The notes: generated by a model not told the origin, from the letters alone. DNA of 57,131 bases, filler included, from Bipalium vagum (GCA_037834085.1; 3 parts of 3 records of this genome joined end to end with filler, not necessarily neighbours in it); one strand, 5' to 3'. Positions 25,901 to 39,838 are shown, counted from the whole stretch's first letter. Program-made: numbers and translations.

Positions 25901-27469
25901 ATTCATAACGATCAAGGCAATAATTACGACGATAATCAATAGAAATTTGATAATATATACAAAATAATTCAATGACAATAATTGAATGGTTAATTATAAT
26001 AAAGCAGGATAATGGATTACACAAAGATTGTTAAAGTAAAATAAAGCACATGCAGGTTGTTTCAAAAGTAACTGTCTATTTCAAAAAATAATTTTAAAAT
26101 TCGAAGAACAATTTTTATTCAGAAAATGCTTTACTATTTTTGCGTCATTATACCTTATTTAAATGTTAAGTCTCTTAAAAATGGAGCTAAAACTAAGAGC
26201 TTTACGGGTAGGTTATTTTTTAAGTGTGATCTAAATATGAAATTTTAATCGACTAAGAGAACGAATTACTTTTCAAATCTTTATTTTAAACTAAAAATTG
26301 ACTTTACAACACACGAGTGATTGCTGTTTGAACAATCCTCTGCAAGAAAACTTTCCCCGACTTTAGGATTAATTAAAGGAAGGAAATCTTTTCGCACTGA
26401 TAAAAATATCAGTGTCTCAAAAGCCCTCAAAGATAGGAAATTAGCCACTCTAATTAGTGTGTGAACTACAAAAATAAAAAGATCTGCGACAGAAGTGAAG
26501 AAATGAACAAAAACTGTTAATTGATTTTAGGGCTGAACCCTAACACTTATTTAAAAGATAATTAATTAAAAGGTTGTGTAGTTTATTAAAATTACCAACT
26601 GTAGAGTCAAAATATTTTTATTTTATATTAATTATAATTTTACCTTTAATATTATTTATAATTTTACTTCTAGATTAAAGTAATTGTGTAATTCTTTACG
26701 AATTACTAACTACGAACAAAAAAAAATTAATAATGAAAATATAACACAGATAATAGACAAAAATTACTTGTAGGCTTAAATCGATTTGTCTAGTAATTTT
26801 GTAAAATGAACGTCATGTGTGTTTATTAATCTCGAATTGCTGATTATATGCTGGAATTTGTTGATCGCGTATTCTGTGATTGTTTATCTCAATTGGAAAT
26901 GTGAATGTTTTTTCATTTGTAGATTTGGTTTATATATATTTTTTAAATTTCTTTTTTATACTTAGTAACATTTTGTTACTAATTGTATATTTTTATTTCA
27001 ATATATTACTATATAAACTTTTTATGTAAATATTTGTATTTAAAGTCTATTTTTAGTAAGTTGTAGTTACTAAATTATATTTTAATATTTTTTATATTTT
27101 TTTGTTTTAATTGTTATAACATGAATAATAATAATTATAATTAATCAACTAATTACATAACTTATATTTTAATTTCTAATTTCTAATTATAAATCTTGGG
27201 GAAGAATCTTTTTCACATCAAAGTAAAATAAACATTAAAATAACAAATTTTTATTAGCACAAATAAAATTGTTTATTAAAACATGGGATAAAATCATTGT
27301 TAGGTTATCAAATAAGGATCACATTGTCATTTATTTTTGTGTTGTTTTGGGAGTCTCCACATAAAGAATGTGCAACAAAATAAATATCGCGAAAAAAATT
27401 AATAACCTGATATAATTAATCAAAGTTTAATATTTTTTGATTTTTTAACTTTTAGATCCATTTTTTGAA

Positions 27470-28400
27470 AATGCACACAAAAGAACGAATATTGATAGTT
27501 ACATTAAGAATAAAAATAAATTTGAAAAAAAGTTCATAAAAAGGGCCGACAGATAAACTTAAGCATGAGTTGGTAATACAATTTCAAGGATCTGTCCAAT
27601 GATGATATCAGAAGTGGACGTTAAAAGAAATCTGATGAAAAATGTCTAATAATTAGCGATATCTTTGAGCATGAACCTTACTTATCCGGTCGTGAGACTG
27701 AAAATTTCCGATATATTCCTATAGAATCCTGCGAACTGTTTTGAAAAAAAAGCACGTCATATTAACATTTTTCATCATTTACAAGAGGAGGATTATTCTA
27801 ACAGAGCAGTTATGTGTGCAGAGCTGATTGTTCAAATTAAAGATGCAAATTTACTGAACATACTATTTAGTAATAAGGCGACTTTCCACGTTTGTGAAAA
27901 AGTTAACCATCATAATTGTTGCATTTGGGGAATCCTTAAGCCAATTGAATTTCTTGAATATTAGAGAGATTAGCCGAAAGTGAATGCTTGGCTTTGGATG
28001 ACAAAACGGATATTGTATGTACCTTATTTCTTTCCAGATAATATGGTTACAGGAACTGTATATCTGGAGATGCCTCAAAATTTAGTTGAACCACTACTAC
28101 TTGCAGATTGCATTCTTGATCAGTTGTGTTTAGTATGATGGAGTACCTTCTCAATATGCTAAGATCATCCGAGAGTACCTAAAAAACATTTCTTAATCGC
28201 TGGATTGGTCGTGGTGGACCAAAATTATGGGTAGCACGCTCTCCAGATTTAAAACACTTAGATTTTTATTTTCGGCATTCACTAAGTCTAAGGTTTACAC
28301 TGATATAGATTAATCAAAAATATTGATGAATTTAAAATCTAATTACGGATACAGTTCTGCAGATATCACCACAAATGATAGAAAAGGTGTTTTCTTAAAG
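27470..28400 (+). mobile_element. Degenerate Tc1/mariner-superfamily (DD37D-like) transposase
   Basis: WIGRGGPKLWVARSPDLKHLDFYF at 28201-28272 (cf. WIGRGG..WPPRSPDLTPLDFF); upstream ATFHVCEKVNHHNC (cf. DEAHFHLNGxVNxHNC). Many stops and frameshifts. Confidence 0.8.
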
Positions 28401-29199
28401 CCAAACGTATTATAAAAGTACAATTATAAACAAGAAAATCATTATTAAAAAAGGTAAATCGAAAGTATGACTCACCGACCGTGAATAATGGGTTCCTGGG
28501 TCGCCAATTAGCCTATAGACGACCGAGCATGACAGAAGCCATTGTAAAATCCTGTCACAAAACAGTGACCATATAGAAATACACAAATTTAAGATTAATC
28601 TCAAAAAAGTCTTCCCAATTTTTAATAATAAATATGTTAAGTTCCTATACAGTGACTGATTTTAAAGGGGTTAAATAGATCTAAATTGGGCTTTTAGGTT
28701 ACTTAAAGTATTTAATATCAGAAGGATTTACGGATGAATGTTCAAGCACAAAACAAAAAATCACTTTCACAATATTAAAAAATCGAAAAAAATTGAACAA
28801 TTATTTAATAAATCTTTATTGATAATAATTCTTTCATAAAAGTTTGGGGTTAAATTATTTAGAAGATTTTAACTGTCGGATAAAGATATCTTTAGACACC
28901 GACTTAGTCTAGTGTGCTAAAGCTCTCAGAAATTTGCCAGCTAGCAACTGAGCAAACTTAAAACAAAATGATAACGGGAAAAACAGCAAAAATTTAAATG
29001 ATCCTCGATTAAGAACCGAGTATTTATTTTTAAGATGTATGAATTTAAACTTTAAGTCAATCGGTTAGGATTGCTTAAAGGTTATTTCATATAGAATTTA
29101 ATTTACTAAAATACTTCTCTGTCGACTAAATCGAACAGAGTATGTATAATATGTATAATAAAAAGAATAATGATAATAATTATGATAATAATGATAATA

Positions 29200-29585
29200 A
29201 TAATGATAATAAGAAGTCTGGGACCTGATGAATTTGATGGCCAATGATTAGTAGAAACAAATGAAATTCCAGAACTTTGAAAGCTTCAATTGTTTCTTTG
29301 CTTTAGTGAAGTGTGACATCATCCTGTTGATAAATGAAATCGTTTCCCACTAACTTATGTCCATATTTTTGAAAAATTGAAAGCACATCTAATACATATA
29401 ATACACCAGTTCAACTCGTTCGTCAATTGTTAAAGGCATGCCTGTAATTAAAAAAAGAAAAATTAGAAGGCAAATCATAACTAAAAAAACTTTGATTGAA
29501 ATTAAATTTGACAGTTTAATTTTTTAATATTTTACAGTTTCACATCACTTAATTCTTTGGTGTGTGACTTATGGCCCACCCTGTA
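29200..29585 (-). mobile_element. Internally deleted Tc1/mariner-superfamily fragment
   Basis: Terminus TA-CAGGGTGGGCCATAAG, then MPLTIDERVELV joined to DFIYQQDDVTLH..TNHWPSNS (cf. FQQDGAPAH..WPPNSPDL). Confidence 0.6.
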
Positions 29586-29619
29586 TATTGAATTAATTAA
29601 TTTTTTTGAAGTTAAAAAT

Positions 29620-30200
29620 ACGGGTTTTAGTGAACTATGATATGACATTCATATCCATATTATCATTCTTTTAATGAATATTTTTTTTGGAAAAAGACAA
29701 CTATTCTGATTTGTCTCTTTCCTTGAGGCATCATAAATGATGTCTCTTTTTAAGATTCAATTGACCATCTGCATCTAACTATTTCTTTTCACCAAATATG
29801 ATTTTCTTTACCTTGTTGTTGAATTTTTTTCTTAACCAACTGAAACTCTTCTTTGGACGACTCAGGTAAAATTCAGATGAGGTACCCATATCAGTTTAAT
29901 CCCAATTCATCGTGTGTAGTATTAGCAGCAGTTTCTCTAGAACAGTGTAATACCTTGGCTAATTTTTAAGCTGCTTTCACCTGATTTTTTCAACAAAAGA
30001 TCTTGCTCTTACGATTCTTTACCATCCAGTTTCGTTTCGAGGAAACAATGATTTTTTCTCGCTTAGAAGTTTCTATTTCTGAATATTGGGTTTTGGCGGT
30101 GTTTCTGCTAGAGATTAATAAATTTCTTCTAATGTTTTATCTTTATGGCTAGTTTTTAATAAATTTTGTACACATCCATCATACATCATTGTCTTAAAAA
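29620..30200 (-). mobile_element. Possible degenerate mariner fragment
   Basis: HDELG and WVPHL motifs in broken frames. Confidence 0.35.
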
Positions 30201-31689
30201 CATTTTAAAATAAAAACTTATATATATATATTGAAAGATGTAAATACTGCAAATAAACAAAATTAATAGTTTATTAAAAATCTGAAATCATAAGGCAAAA
30301 AACTATTTGAAATGAATTATCATTCTTAATTGGTCGTTATAAGATACATTTATCAAAAATTGGAAAGCATGTATTGCTTGTAGATATATTGTTTCTTTTA
30401 TTATTTTATCCTATTACATAGTTCTTTATCAGTTGCATCCTATTATTCATTATCTACTTTTCAATATTTTTTTCTGATTATCTCTCATATCTCTAGAAAT
30501 AGTAATAAACATAGAAACACTTCTGATATATCTACATTAAAGAACATATTAATATAATATAAAATAGTTAAAAAAATGAGAAAAATAATTTTTATTTAAT
30601 TCAGATTCTTTACAAAAGTACAGTACATAGACATTTTTTACAATAAGACAAGTAGAAAATTGCGAAAACTAATAATTATATTAGACATAAAAAGCAAATA
30701 ATTTAAATTTACATTTTAAACACACTTGTTTATTTTTCAATCCTGTAGCTTGAGAGACTATTTCAATGATTATCAATTATAAACAGCTTATTCATCCTAC
30801 TTAAATGTAAAATTAAATTTTATAATCGACGAAGGGTTCTAATAATTAATATGATATAAATCAATTACTTCAATACCTTACAAGAACATTAGAATTTTTG
30901 TTAGTAAAAAGTTAAGAATTATATTGGAATTAAAGAATTTGTGATATCTATTAGTAATAAACAGTGACCATCTTTTTAAAGAATGACTCATTGATCTTTT
31001 TATCAAAGTTTTATTAAATGTCTTATTGCTTAACATGCCTGATACTTGTCAGAGGTCACTAACATTTATCACATTTATATCAATTTATTTCTAATTACCC
31101 AATAAAGTTGTTAACATACAAATTTCTTGATTCTCTCAATAATGTTCGTTGTCTTAAGGTTTCGTTTCGGTTTTATTTTTGAATAAAATTCATTCAAGTC
31201 TTCCATATTTAATCAAATAAAAGTCATAATAGATTTAGATTTAATTTTAAATTAAAAATTAATTACTTAATCAATATTGTGGTATTTATACGCTATTTTT
31301 TGATTTTATGAAAAAATCATTAAATTTATTAATTTTAAATCATTTAATTTAAAAATTATATATAAATTCTGAAAAATAAAGCATTATGAATTAATCAAAT
31401 TTTATGAAATCATATCCAAAATAATCCTTTAAACATTAATTCACTCCAAAAGAATAATTTTATTAAGGCCAAAACAATGGCTGTTTTGATGAAAATAATA
31501 GTCAGTAAAATGTTTTATATCTGACTAAAAAGTATTTGTAATATTAATTTCGCCTTATATTTCGCTTTAAAATCAGATTTTTTTAGTATCTCAAATTAAA
31601 ATTAAGTATGATAAATTCATTTATGATTTGAACTAATAAAAATAATGGAATAAGGAATTTTGGTTATTACTATAGATTTTGTAATCAGA

Positions 31690-31950
31690 AAATATGATAA
31701 ATTCAAGAGAAACGTCAAAAATACTTTATTCAAAGAAACTTTCCATTGTAATTTGTGGATGCTATTGACAAATAACTTTTCTTTTTTTGAGATGAACCAT
31801 TCAGACATTTTACCATATCTTTTAGAGGACTTCTCACGAAGTGTGTATTTCATCTATTATAAAAATTAGAAATCTGAAGATCTGATAAATACGGTGGATG
31901 ACCTAATATTTCTCCCGCCAGATCTTTAAATACATTTGGGTCGTTTTGAA
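31690..31950 (-). mobile_element. Mariner transposase C-terminal fragment
   Basis: EILGHPPYLSDLQISNFY and EWFISKKEKLFVNSIHKL in the ORF track (31850-32038 and 31617-31853). Confidence 0.7.
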
Positions 31951-32099
31951 GTATGTAACGTTGTGTTGTTACCAAATCCAAATTAGGACTGATGATAAAT
32001 AATATCGGTTTGAATAGAATAAGTATACTATAATACATTAAATTGATATTTACACTAATAATAAGTATTAATTTATGATGTATTCTACTTCATTATTTA

Positions 32100-34050
32100 C
32101 AACTTTCTGCTAACACTAATGTAAACTCCATAATTCTGAGATTCACAAGAAAAATATTTAATACTTAGGTGACTGTTTCAAAGACAAATACAATAAAATC
32201 TAATCATGGAAATCTTAATTATTTGATTTTGGACAAAATATGTTTATGATTGAAATATCAAATCAAATTTGATAAAAAATTTAATAGTGATATCTAAAAT
32301 GTAGTGTTAAGGTTACAAAGGGTATTATTTATTTTTGGTTGAACCGGTTCAGATTAGTTCTACACTGAAGGGAGGGAAAAGAATAATGAATAAAGAAAAA
32401 TATTGTGAAATATTAGGTTGGTGCAAAAATAATACATCTTTTATAACTTCAAACTTGACATATCCTAAGTCGGACCAAACAAACATTTATTAATCAAAGT
32501 AACATCCTTGTGATTCCACACATTACTGCCAACTCAAAATAAGCTTGTTGATACCAGAAACATAGAAATAAGTTTTTGTGCACCTCAAAAATTCCAGGCG
32601 TTTTCAGTGTCGGCTCGGTTGTTGAAGCACTTACCTTGAAGGAAGTTTTGTAGATGTTTGAAAAAGTGGAAGTCTGTTGGTGCTAAGTCTGGGGAGTATG
32701 GAGGATGGGGCAGAATTTCAAAACCCACTTCGTTAAATTTCTGCAAGGTTGATATTGCGATGTGTAGTCTGGCATTATCCTGATGATTGGTCCTTTTCTG
32801 TTTACCAAAGCTGGACTCAAAATTTGTAATTTTTGGTGTATATCGTTGATTTGCTGACAGTAACTATTGGACATAATCATTTTTCCAGGATCCAGGAAAA
32901 TGAAATGGATCAAACCATGTATACATAACCAAACAGTTATTAGTACTTTTTTCTGTTGCAATTTTTGTTTCGGAAAGGTTTTTGGAGGTTTACTTTTGTC
33001 CAACCATTGACCAGAGCGTTGCCTATTATCGTCCAAGATCCATTTCTCATCACATGTTACAATTCTATTGAGAAATGGATCGTTCTTGTTACGGAAAAGA
33101 AGGGAAGACGCAACTTCAAAGCTACGTAATTTTTGTTTTGCATTGAGCTCGTGTGGCACCCATTTGTCCAGCTTCTTCACTTTTGTAATTTGTCCGAGGT
33201 GTCTCACAATTGTTGAATGGTGAACCTGAAGTTCTTTTGCGACTTCTCTTGTGGTTTTCCTTGAATCAGATTCGATAGCAGCCTCTAATTGATCATTTTC
33301 TACAGCTGATGGATGGCCACGAACTTCTTTATCCTCCAGACTATAATTATTGTTTTCAAACTTTAAGAACCAACACTGAACTGTTGTTTTGTTTGCGCTT
33401 CCTATGCCTCATACTGCATTAATATTTCGTGCCGTTTCCACAGCGCCTTTGCCTAGCTTGAACTCATAAAAATATATTTTACGGAGGTCCTTTTTCGACA
33501 TCAAAAGCACAGTTTTCATTTCTAAATAAATTATGAAATATTTAAATTTTTATTTAAATTATTGTTTAATTAATGCTCTTAAATAAGTGAATATTACTAA
33601 GAATAACAATTAGATTTTAAAAAGTGCATTGTTTATTTAAAAAAATGCTTTAGTTAACTAATGCAAAAAGATGCATTATTTTTGTACCAACCTAATAAGT
33701 AGAATAAAAGTTCTTACAGAAAAAAAATTTTCAAGGTGGGTTGATTTTATGTTTCATATTGATAATATTCCTAAACAAAGTAAAAATTGAATGTTGAAAA
33801 TAATAGGTTTAAGATGATCTTTTATAGTTCAAATTTAAATCTAATCGAAAATGAATGGTTTTCCAAGTTAAACTACTAAGTAATAAGAAATTAAGCAAAT
33901 GAAGATGAATTATTTTGAGTTTTACGAAATGGATGTAAAGTCAACAATAAATTTATAACCATTTCACAGCCATAACCAATCATTTATTTTACAGTTGATG
34001 ATTACTGACAAAATAATTTAATACTAATTATCTTATAGTTTCACTATAGT
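32100..34050 (+). mobile_element. Old Tc1-like element split by the mariner insertion
   Basis: IMNKEKYCEI ends at the TA at 32411-32412. After the mariner come FMFHIDNIPK (cf. FQQDNDPKH) and SSNLNLIENEW (cf. SPDLNPIENLW). Outer limits approximate. Confidence 0.55.
32413..33695 (-). mobile_element. Full-length (1283 bp) inactivated mariner transposon, cecropia/Hsmar1-like
   Basis: ~30-bp TIRs TTAGGTTGGT(G/A)CAAAAATAAT(A/G)CATCTTTT and TA duplication (32411-12, 33696-97). Transposase motifs WVPHEL, IVTCDEKW, QDNAR and HPPYSPDLAPTDFHFF; premature TGA near 33410 and frameshift near 32785. Confidence 0.95.
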
Positions 34051-37000
34051 TTAAAAAAACATAATTATTATTTATTGTCCTTTGGGAGATTTAGTAAAAT
34101 GTTAAATGGCAGATTTTTCTGAAGAGAATTGTTAAACACATTTAAGTTTTCTAACTGGGGTTTATTTCAATTGATTGCAAATAATGAATTCATGTTCTCA
34201 TTTTTAGCATTTTTCTGGTTTGTCGAACTGATTATCTAAATAATATTAACTAACTGTGCTTAGTCAGAATCTCAAATCTTTTATTATGGTTAGGTTCTAT
34301 TGTAATTCTACGTAAATGACATAAACCGTGTACAAATAATTTTATTAAACCTTTGTAAAAATTCCTGAGTCACAAATGATTCAATCAACACTTCGCAAAT
34401 CTCTCGAACTGAATATTTACACTGTACAAATATAACGTCAACTGTTCTTCGTTTATACATCAAATTACTTTTTCAACAAGCTACTAACAATAAATACTAA
34501 ATATAAAGACCAAATAACAAATAATTTTTAAAATTAAACAATTATTCTAATATTATGTATAAAAACAAATAAAGAAAATACGGGTCAGGTAAATCCGTGT
34601 TTTGTGGACTAACAACCAGCCGGCCGGTCGAATTCGGCGGAACTTATAAGAGCCCGTCTTCTGATTTCAAGTTGCTGTCAAAATTACGAGCTGTCTGTTT
34701 ATGGTCATACTCTAGCAATAGGAGCTAACAGAGCGTTCATTTGTTAATTCATAGGCAGCTATTGCTGCAGACTCACACAGAAAAAGAAATGTTAATCTGA
34801 TGTAGCTAATACTGCGATTCCTCTGGCAAGAAAAATTGATATACTGTGAGAATTAAAGCCATAAGTGACATCAATTCTAATGGACTTTTCAACTAAACTA
34901 ATTAACTCCTATGCTTAGTGTAGGAAAAGTATTTTACTTATTAAAACCATGTTAAAGAATAATTAACTAAGACAACCTCGGTTTGTTGTCTTTAATTTCG
35001 GAAAAACCAAAAATATAAGGAGCAAGGATAAAAAAGAATTTTTATATGATCCTAGAATTCCTTGTCTTAGTATTTATTTAAAGAGTAGTTTGAATTACTA
35101 ATAAGTAAACTCAAGCACGATTCTTCAGAACATACATTTAGCAATTCTGATTTGTTATGTATATTATGGTATTGAACTTCATGTTTTAACTGCAAGAGTG
35201 CTACATCAATGAATTTTTCGAACCACGGTGCACTAATGACTTGTTACAGTACACATAATAAACTTAACCAGTATTTGTCAAATTCCCGATCAGCAATTTG
35301 AAAGCAAGATTCTCTTAATCTACTTATTATTGATTGCTTTATATTTTTGGCGCTGCCTGATTGGAAATGCCATACCTTCTGGATCAGGCATTTGGATTGT
35401 TTTAAGTTTTTAAAACATAACTAGAAAATATTGTATTTGGTTTAAAAAATTATTTTAAATTAAAATATATGAATTAACATGGAGTATACAAACAAATTAA
35501 AATTAATCGAATTTTTAATCTTTAAATTTAAGATTAACCGTTAAAATAAATTATATATTAATCGTTAACTTACGCAGAACTAGTTTTATAATCAAATTAT
35601 ATAATAAAGAATAATATAAAAATATAAAATAATATAATATATATTTAAAATCAAATATGTTTAATAGAATTAATAAATTTAAAAAATAGAAATTAAAGGT
35701 TTAATTTGTTAAGTTAACTAAAGATGATTTTATGGGATTAAAAATATCGAAATTGGTCGGTAGAAACTCAAAAACATATCTTTTAAATCAGAAGGCTTTA
35801 TGGAGTGTACTTCGGAACTGTTATCAATAAAATAAAACAAAATAAGAACAAATCGATTTATATCAAATATTTTTATTTGTAAAAATTTTGTTTGACAATT
35901 GAATTTAAATGAGAAATCCTAAATTTCCTGTAATTATCCTGTAAGCTGTGAAAAGGCCCTGAGGAAATTTACTAGCCCTAACTGCTGTGTAAATTACAAA
36001 CAAAAAGAGAAATAGGGAGAATGTAAAAATAAAGGGGAAGGTATCAATAGTGATACCGGGGAATATGAATTTAGGTTAATTTTAATTTACCCGTGTAAGC
36101 TTATAAAGTTTACCAAGTTTGATAATAAATAATAGTTAAATAATAACAAAGTTAAGAATAATAATAAGATTAAAAATAATAATTACTTGCAAATAGTCAT
36201 AAATTTCGCGATGATCCTTGAATTATATACGTGCCTGCTTTTTGTGTTGATTTTCAAATATATGATCCACTATTTATATTGATATTGGAATTGTTTGTGT
36301 CTGTGGACTTTAGGCGAATCGTCGATGAGGTACGTGATATATTTCTTATTGTTTTGATTTTTATTAATGATCTGCTTTTAATATTGTTTTTTGACCTTTT
36401 ATATTAAATTACTTATAATTTTTATTTTTAAACTTAAAATTTTTTCCTTTTTTAGGTTTCTACAATATTTTCTTTGTTAATTTTTTATTTTTAGAAATCT
36501 AGCTGTTTCTATTTTTTTACCTTTTTATATTTATTTTTTTTATTATAATTAATTGCCAATAATATTAACAATAATAATAATAATAACCATAATAATAATA
36601 TTAATAATTGTTAGAAGTTTATATTCTTTATATTTTAGAATTTCTCATTTTTACATAGGAAAAAATCACACAAAAATGCTTTTATTATTTTTATTAAAAT
36701 GAAATCACTAATTAAATTTGTCACAATTAAAATCAGATTTGTCACAATTATTAGTTTTTCTCGAGTCTTCACATAAATCTCATCGTTTTCATGAAGCAAA
36801 ATAGATGAGGGACCATAATTCGCACTACGTATGTCCTCAATAACCAAAATGGTATTGGTTTTTGTAGTCTCAAAGCATAGGGTGAGACTTCTCTTAATCA
36901 AATTTTTCAGATGTACCGAGAAGAATTTTTCTACGGTAATAGGAGCAGGAACTCCTCTGTCACTCATGCATAAGTGGACACGGAATGTTTCTTTGGATAA

Positions 37001-37099
37001 TATATTCGTTTTCATGTGAGAAATTACGTTTGCTAATTAGAAGTAGGATGGCTGGCGTACTTGATGAAAATAGAATGTTCTTTCTCAATTGGATTGGAA

Positions 37100-38530
37100 A
37101 TAAGGGGTTTTTAACTTTCTCTATAATTTCAGGATCCGACTCTATTCCTTTTTGTGATATAATGTGACCAATGTACTTGACGGAATCTTTTCCCCATTTG
37201 CATTTGACTGGTTTTATTTTGAAGCCTGAATATTTTATGCGTTTCAAAACCATCTCCATATCTTGCATATGAGTGTCAAAATCTGGGGAAAATGTAATTA
37301 TGTCATCTATATAGACATTGTATGAGCGATGTCCATGAGCATTAAATTCATGGCACGCTGGAAAGTAGTCGGTGCTTCAGTGAGTCCAAGCGGCGTTTTA
37401 TTGAATTCGTATAGTCCGTTTTTAGTGAAGAATGGTGTGGCTTCGCGATATTGCTCTGCGATTTCTATATTCATATATCCGGATTGCAAATCTAAGGTAT
37501 TGAATAACTTGGCGGTTCATAATTTGTCGGACATAACCTCAATGAGTGGAAGAGGGTAATTGTCCTTGACGGTAACCTCACTGAGTTTACGATAATCTAT
37601 ACAGACTCTCAATTCTCCACTCTTTTCCTTAACTACTATCATTGGTGATGACTATGGTGAAGAGCTGGGGCTGATAATGCCTGTAGCTAGCCAATGTCAT
37701 ATTTGCTTTTCTACTTCTGGTTTCAATGTATGAGGTGTATAATAAGCTCTTTGTTTAATAGGTTGAGGATTAGTTAATCTAATTTCGTGTTGTAAAATAT
37801 TTTAAGTACCGACATCGAATTCGTGCTTAGCAAAAGTTTCACGATATAATCGTAATAATTGAGTGAATTTTTTTTGTTGGACATTGGTTAAAGTTGGCGT
37901 GGTTACTTGTACAGAATGGTACATTTTCTTTAATGGTAACGGATCATGATCATGCGGAACGTACTCATCGATAGTTCCAACTCTCATTGAGCAGCTAATT
38001 TACTACCGGTAATGAGTTTACCAGAAGGTTCAAAAATTACTTCTTGACCTTTTGGTAAGTTAGTGGCGATTAAACAAATTTGTTTTCGTCTTGGTGGAGT
38101 GATTTTATGATCCATAATAACAGCTATATGGTCATCACCTTTAAGGGTACGACACTTTCGTTCATGAGCGAACTTTAGTTGCTGAGTGGTGAAATACAGT
38201 GAAAACCAGGAATTTTAGCTAATAGATCCATTCCTATTATACATTCCAATTTATTATCTTTCATCACCTTGAGTGTATGGTCAATGTCATGACCCATGAT
38301 TCTTACAATAAAACGATATGTTCCAATTAAGAGCAATGATCTGCCATCTACGCCGATTACTGAAACAGGTCGAGTATTCACTGCTTCTTGTTCAGCAATA
38401 TTCAAAATTCGAACGTCTATTAATGAAGTTTGCGCACACCTGTGTCCACCAATGTGGACACGGTTTGTTTATTATCTTTTATAGTGATCATTGGTCTGGT
38501 TTCCCTTCAGATATTCAAATTTCTTACACA
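37100..38530 (-). mobile_element. Degenerate Ty3/gypsy pol remnant (protease + reverse transcriptase)
   Basis: ECIIGMDLL (protease C-terminus), SPYSSPMIVVK, DYRKL, LDLQSGY, GLYEFNKTPLGLTEAPTTFQRAM, YIDDIITFS (YIDD at 37302-37313) and KCKWGKDSVKYIGHIISQKGI. Multiple stops and frameshifts. Confidence 0.92.
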
Positions 38531-38534
38531 ACTA

Positions 38535-39185
38535 ACATTTAATTTGCAAAAGAATTTTAAAAATATCTAACTTTTTATACATTACTGCAATGTGTAACGG
38601 TGTTTCATCTCTTAGATGTTCAGCTAGGTTAACGTAGGCCATATATTCTAAATCGATTCCGACTAATTTTTTATTAGGTTGTTTAGAAAAAAAATGTCGG
38701 TTTTATAAATCTATTTTATATAACGTTAGTTTACCATAATTTTTTGTTGTTTTAATATATTTTATATCATTTTAAAGCGTGAAATTTAAATTATATTTGT
38801 AAGCATTTCGTAATTATTTAATTTTAAATAACGTTATTATTAATGTTTTAAGGTAACATGGAAAATAATTATTAAAATAATTAATCCGACACCTTCTTTG
38901 AAGTTAGTTGCTACGCCTAAATACAAAGACGTTTGGATATTGTGATCGTGATGCTGAAAAATTTGGGGTAGATGTTATTGTCTAATTTGAGTCATCAAAG
39001 AATTCATTATTTCCACATTTTGCGCATCTATTGCATGGTCTACTATGGACTTTCCTGCTTTGTCCCATTTGTCAATAAAACAACCATATTGCATTAATAG
39101 TTTTAACAAACTGACTGGTATGTGACATGCAGGTGTCATCAAGAGATGGGTATGACCAAAATTATTTTCACGTACAAAAACCCTT
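38535..39185 (-). pseudogene. Ankyrin-repeat protein gene fragment (two exon-like blocks)
   Basis: 39185-38890 reads NNFGHTHL..LLKLLMQYGCFIDKWDKAGKSIVDHAIDAQNVEIM..*..QTSLYLGV with one in-frame TAA. 38660-38535 reads YVNLAEHLRDETPLHIAVMYKKLDIFKILL, matching the ankyrin consensus TPLHxA...vkLLl..GadVn. Confidence 0.7.
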
Positions 39186-39187
39186 CT

Positions 39188-39537
39188 ATACTCATGCTCA
39201 AAAGTGTTAGCTATGTAGAATTTATTACCAAAAATAAAGAAATTTAACTGTTTTAATCTATTTAATTTAAATTTAAATTTAAATTTATTTTTAGTCTAAT
39301 GAAGAGTTTTTTGTTTTAATATATTAATTACCAAATAATGAAAATGGAAAAGGGCGCCAGACGTGAAATAAGTAAATTCGAACGTATTGACTTATTGTTA
39401 TCGCATCATTGGATTATTGGAATGTGGCTTATCTAAAGCTGAAGTCGCCCGTAGAGTGGAACATTCAAGATGTGCTGTCCGATATGCCTGGAATAAATGG
39501 GAAGCAACAAATGCTTGTGACAATCTTCCAAGACCAG
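39188..39537 (+). mobile_element. Tc1-like element 5' part, truncated by gap
   Basis: Terminus-like TA-TACTCATGCTCAAAAGT and the HTH region RIIGLLECGLSKAEVARRVEHSRCAVRYAWNKWEATNACDNLPRP. Confidence 0.75.
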
Positions 39538-39637
39538 NNNNNNNNNNNNNNNNNNNNNNNNNNNNNNNNNNNNNNNNNNNNTTAATTAATTAANNNNNNN
39601 NNNNNNNNNNNNNNNNNNNNNNNNNNNNNNNNNNNNN
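39538..39637. other. Artificial scaffold spacer N44-TTAATTAATTAA-N44
   Basis: Same construct as 17651-17750. Confidence 0.95.
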
Positions 39638-39838
39638 AAAATTACAAATTATCTTCGAGGATTATCTTATTTTTTTAAGTATTTTAAAAATAAAATTCCT
39701 GGGAATTTTTCAATAACTTTCAAGTACTAATTAATTTTTAATTATTAATATTATTATTATTATTATTATTATTTATGCATTATTTATCATTTTTATTATT
39801 TATTTTTTCCCGGGGGGGGTGTCTTGGTAAACCCAACA
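39638..39838 (-). repeat. Interspersed repeat terminus (LTR-like), copy 2
   Basis: Reverse-complement copy of 17436-17650. Confidence 0.75.

Noticed and set aside
28495-28510. TGGCGACCCAG as an LTR primer-binding site; similar at ~19031-19042
   Set aside because: Short match with no definable adjacent LTR or gag.
31150-31205. Hammerhead-like stem with GAAAC on the minus strand
   Set aside because: The CUGANGA box is disrupted (CUUGAAUGA) and no stem I or III forms.
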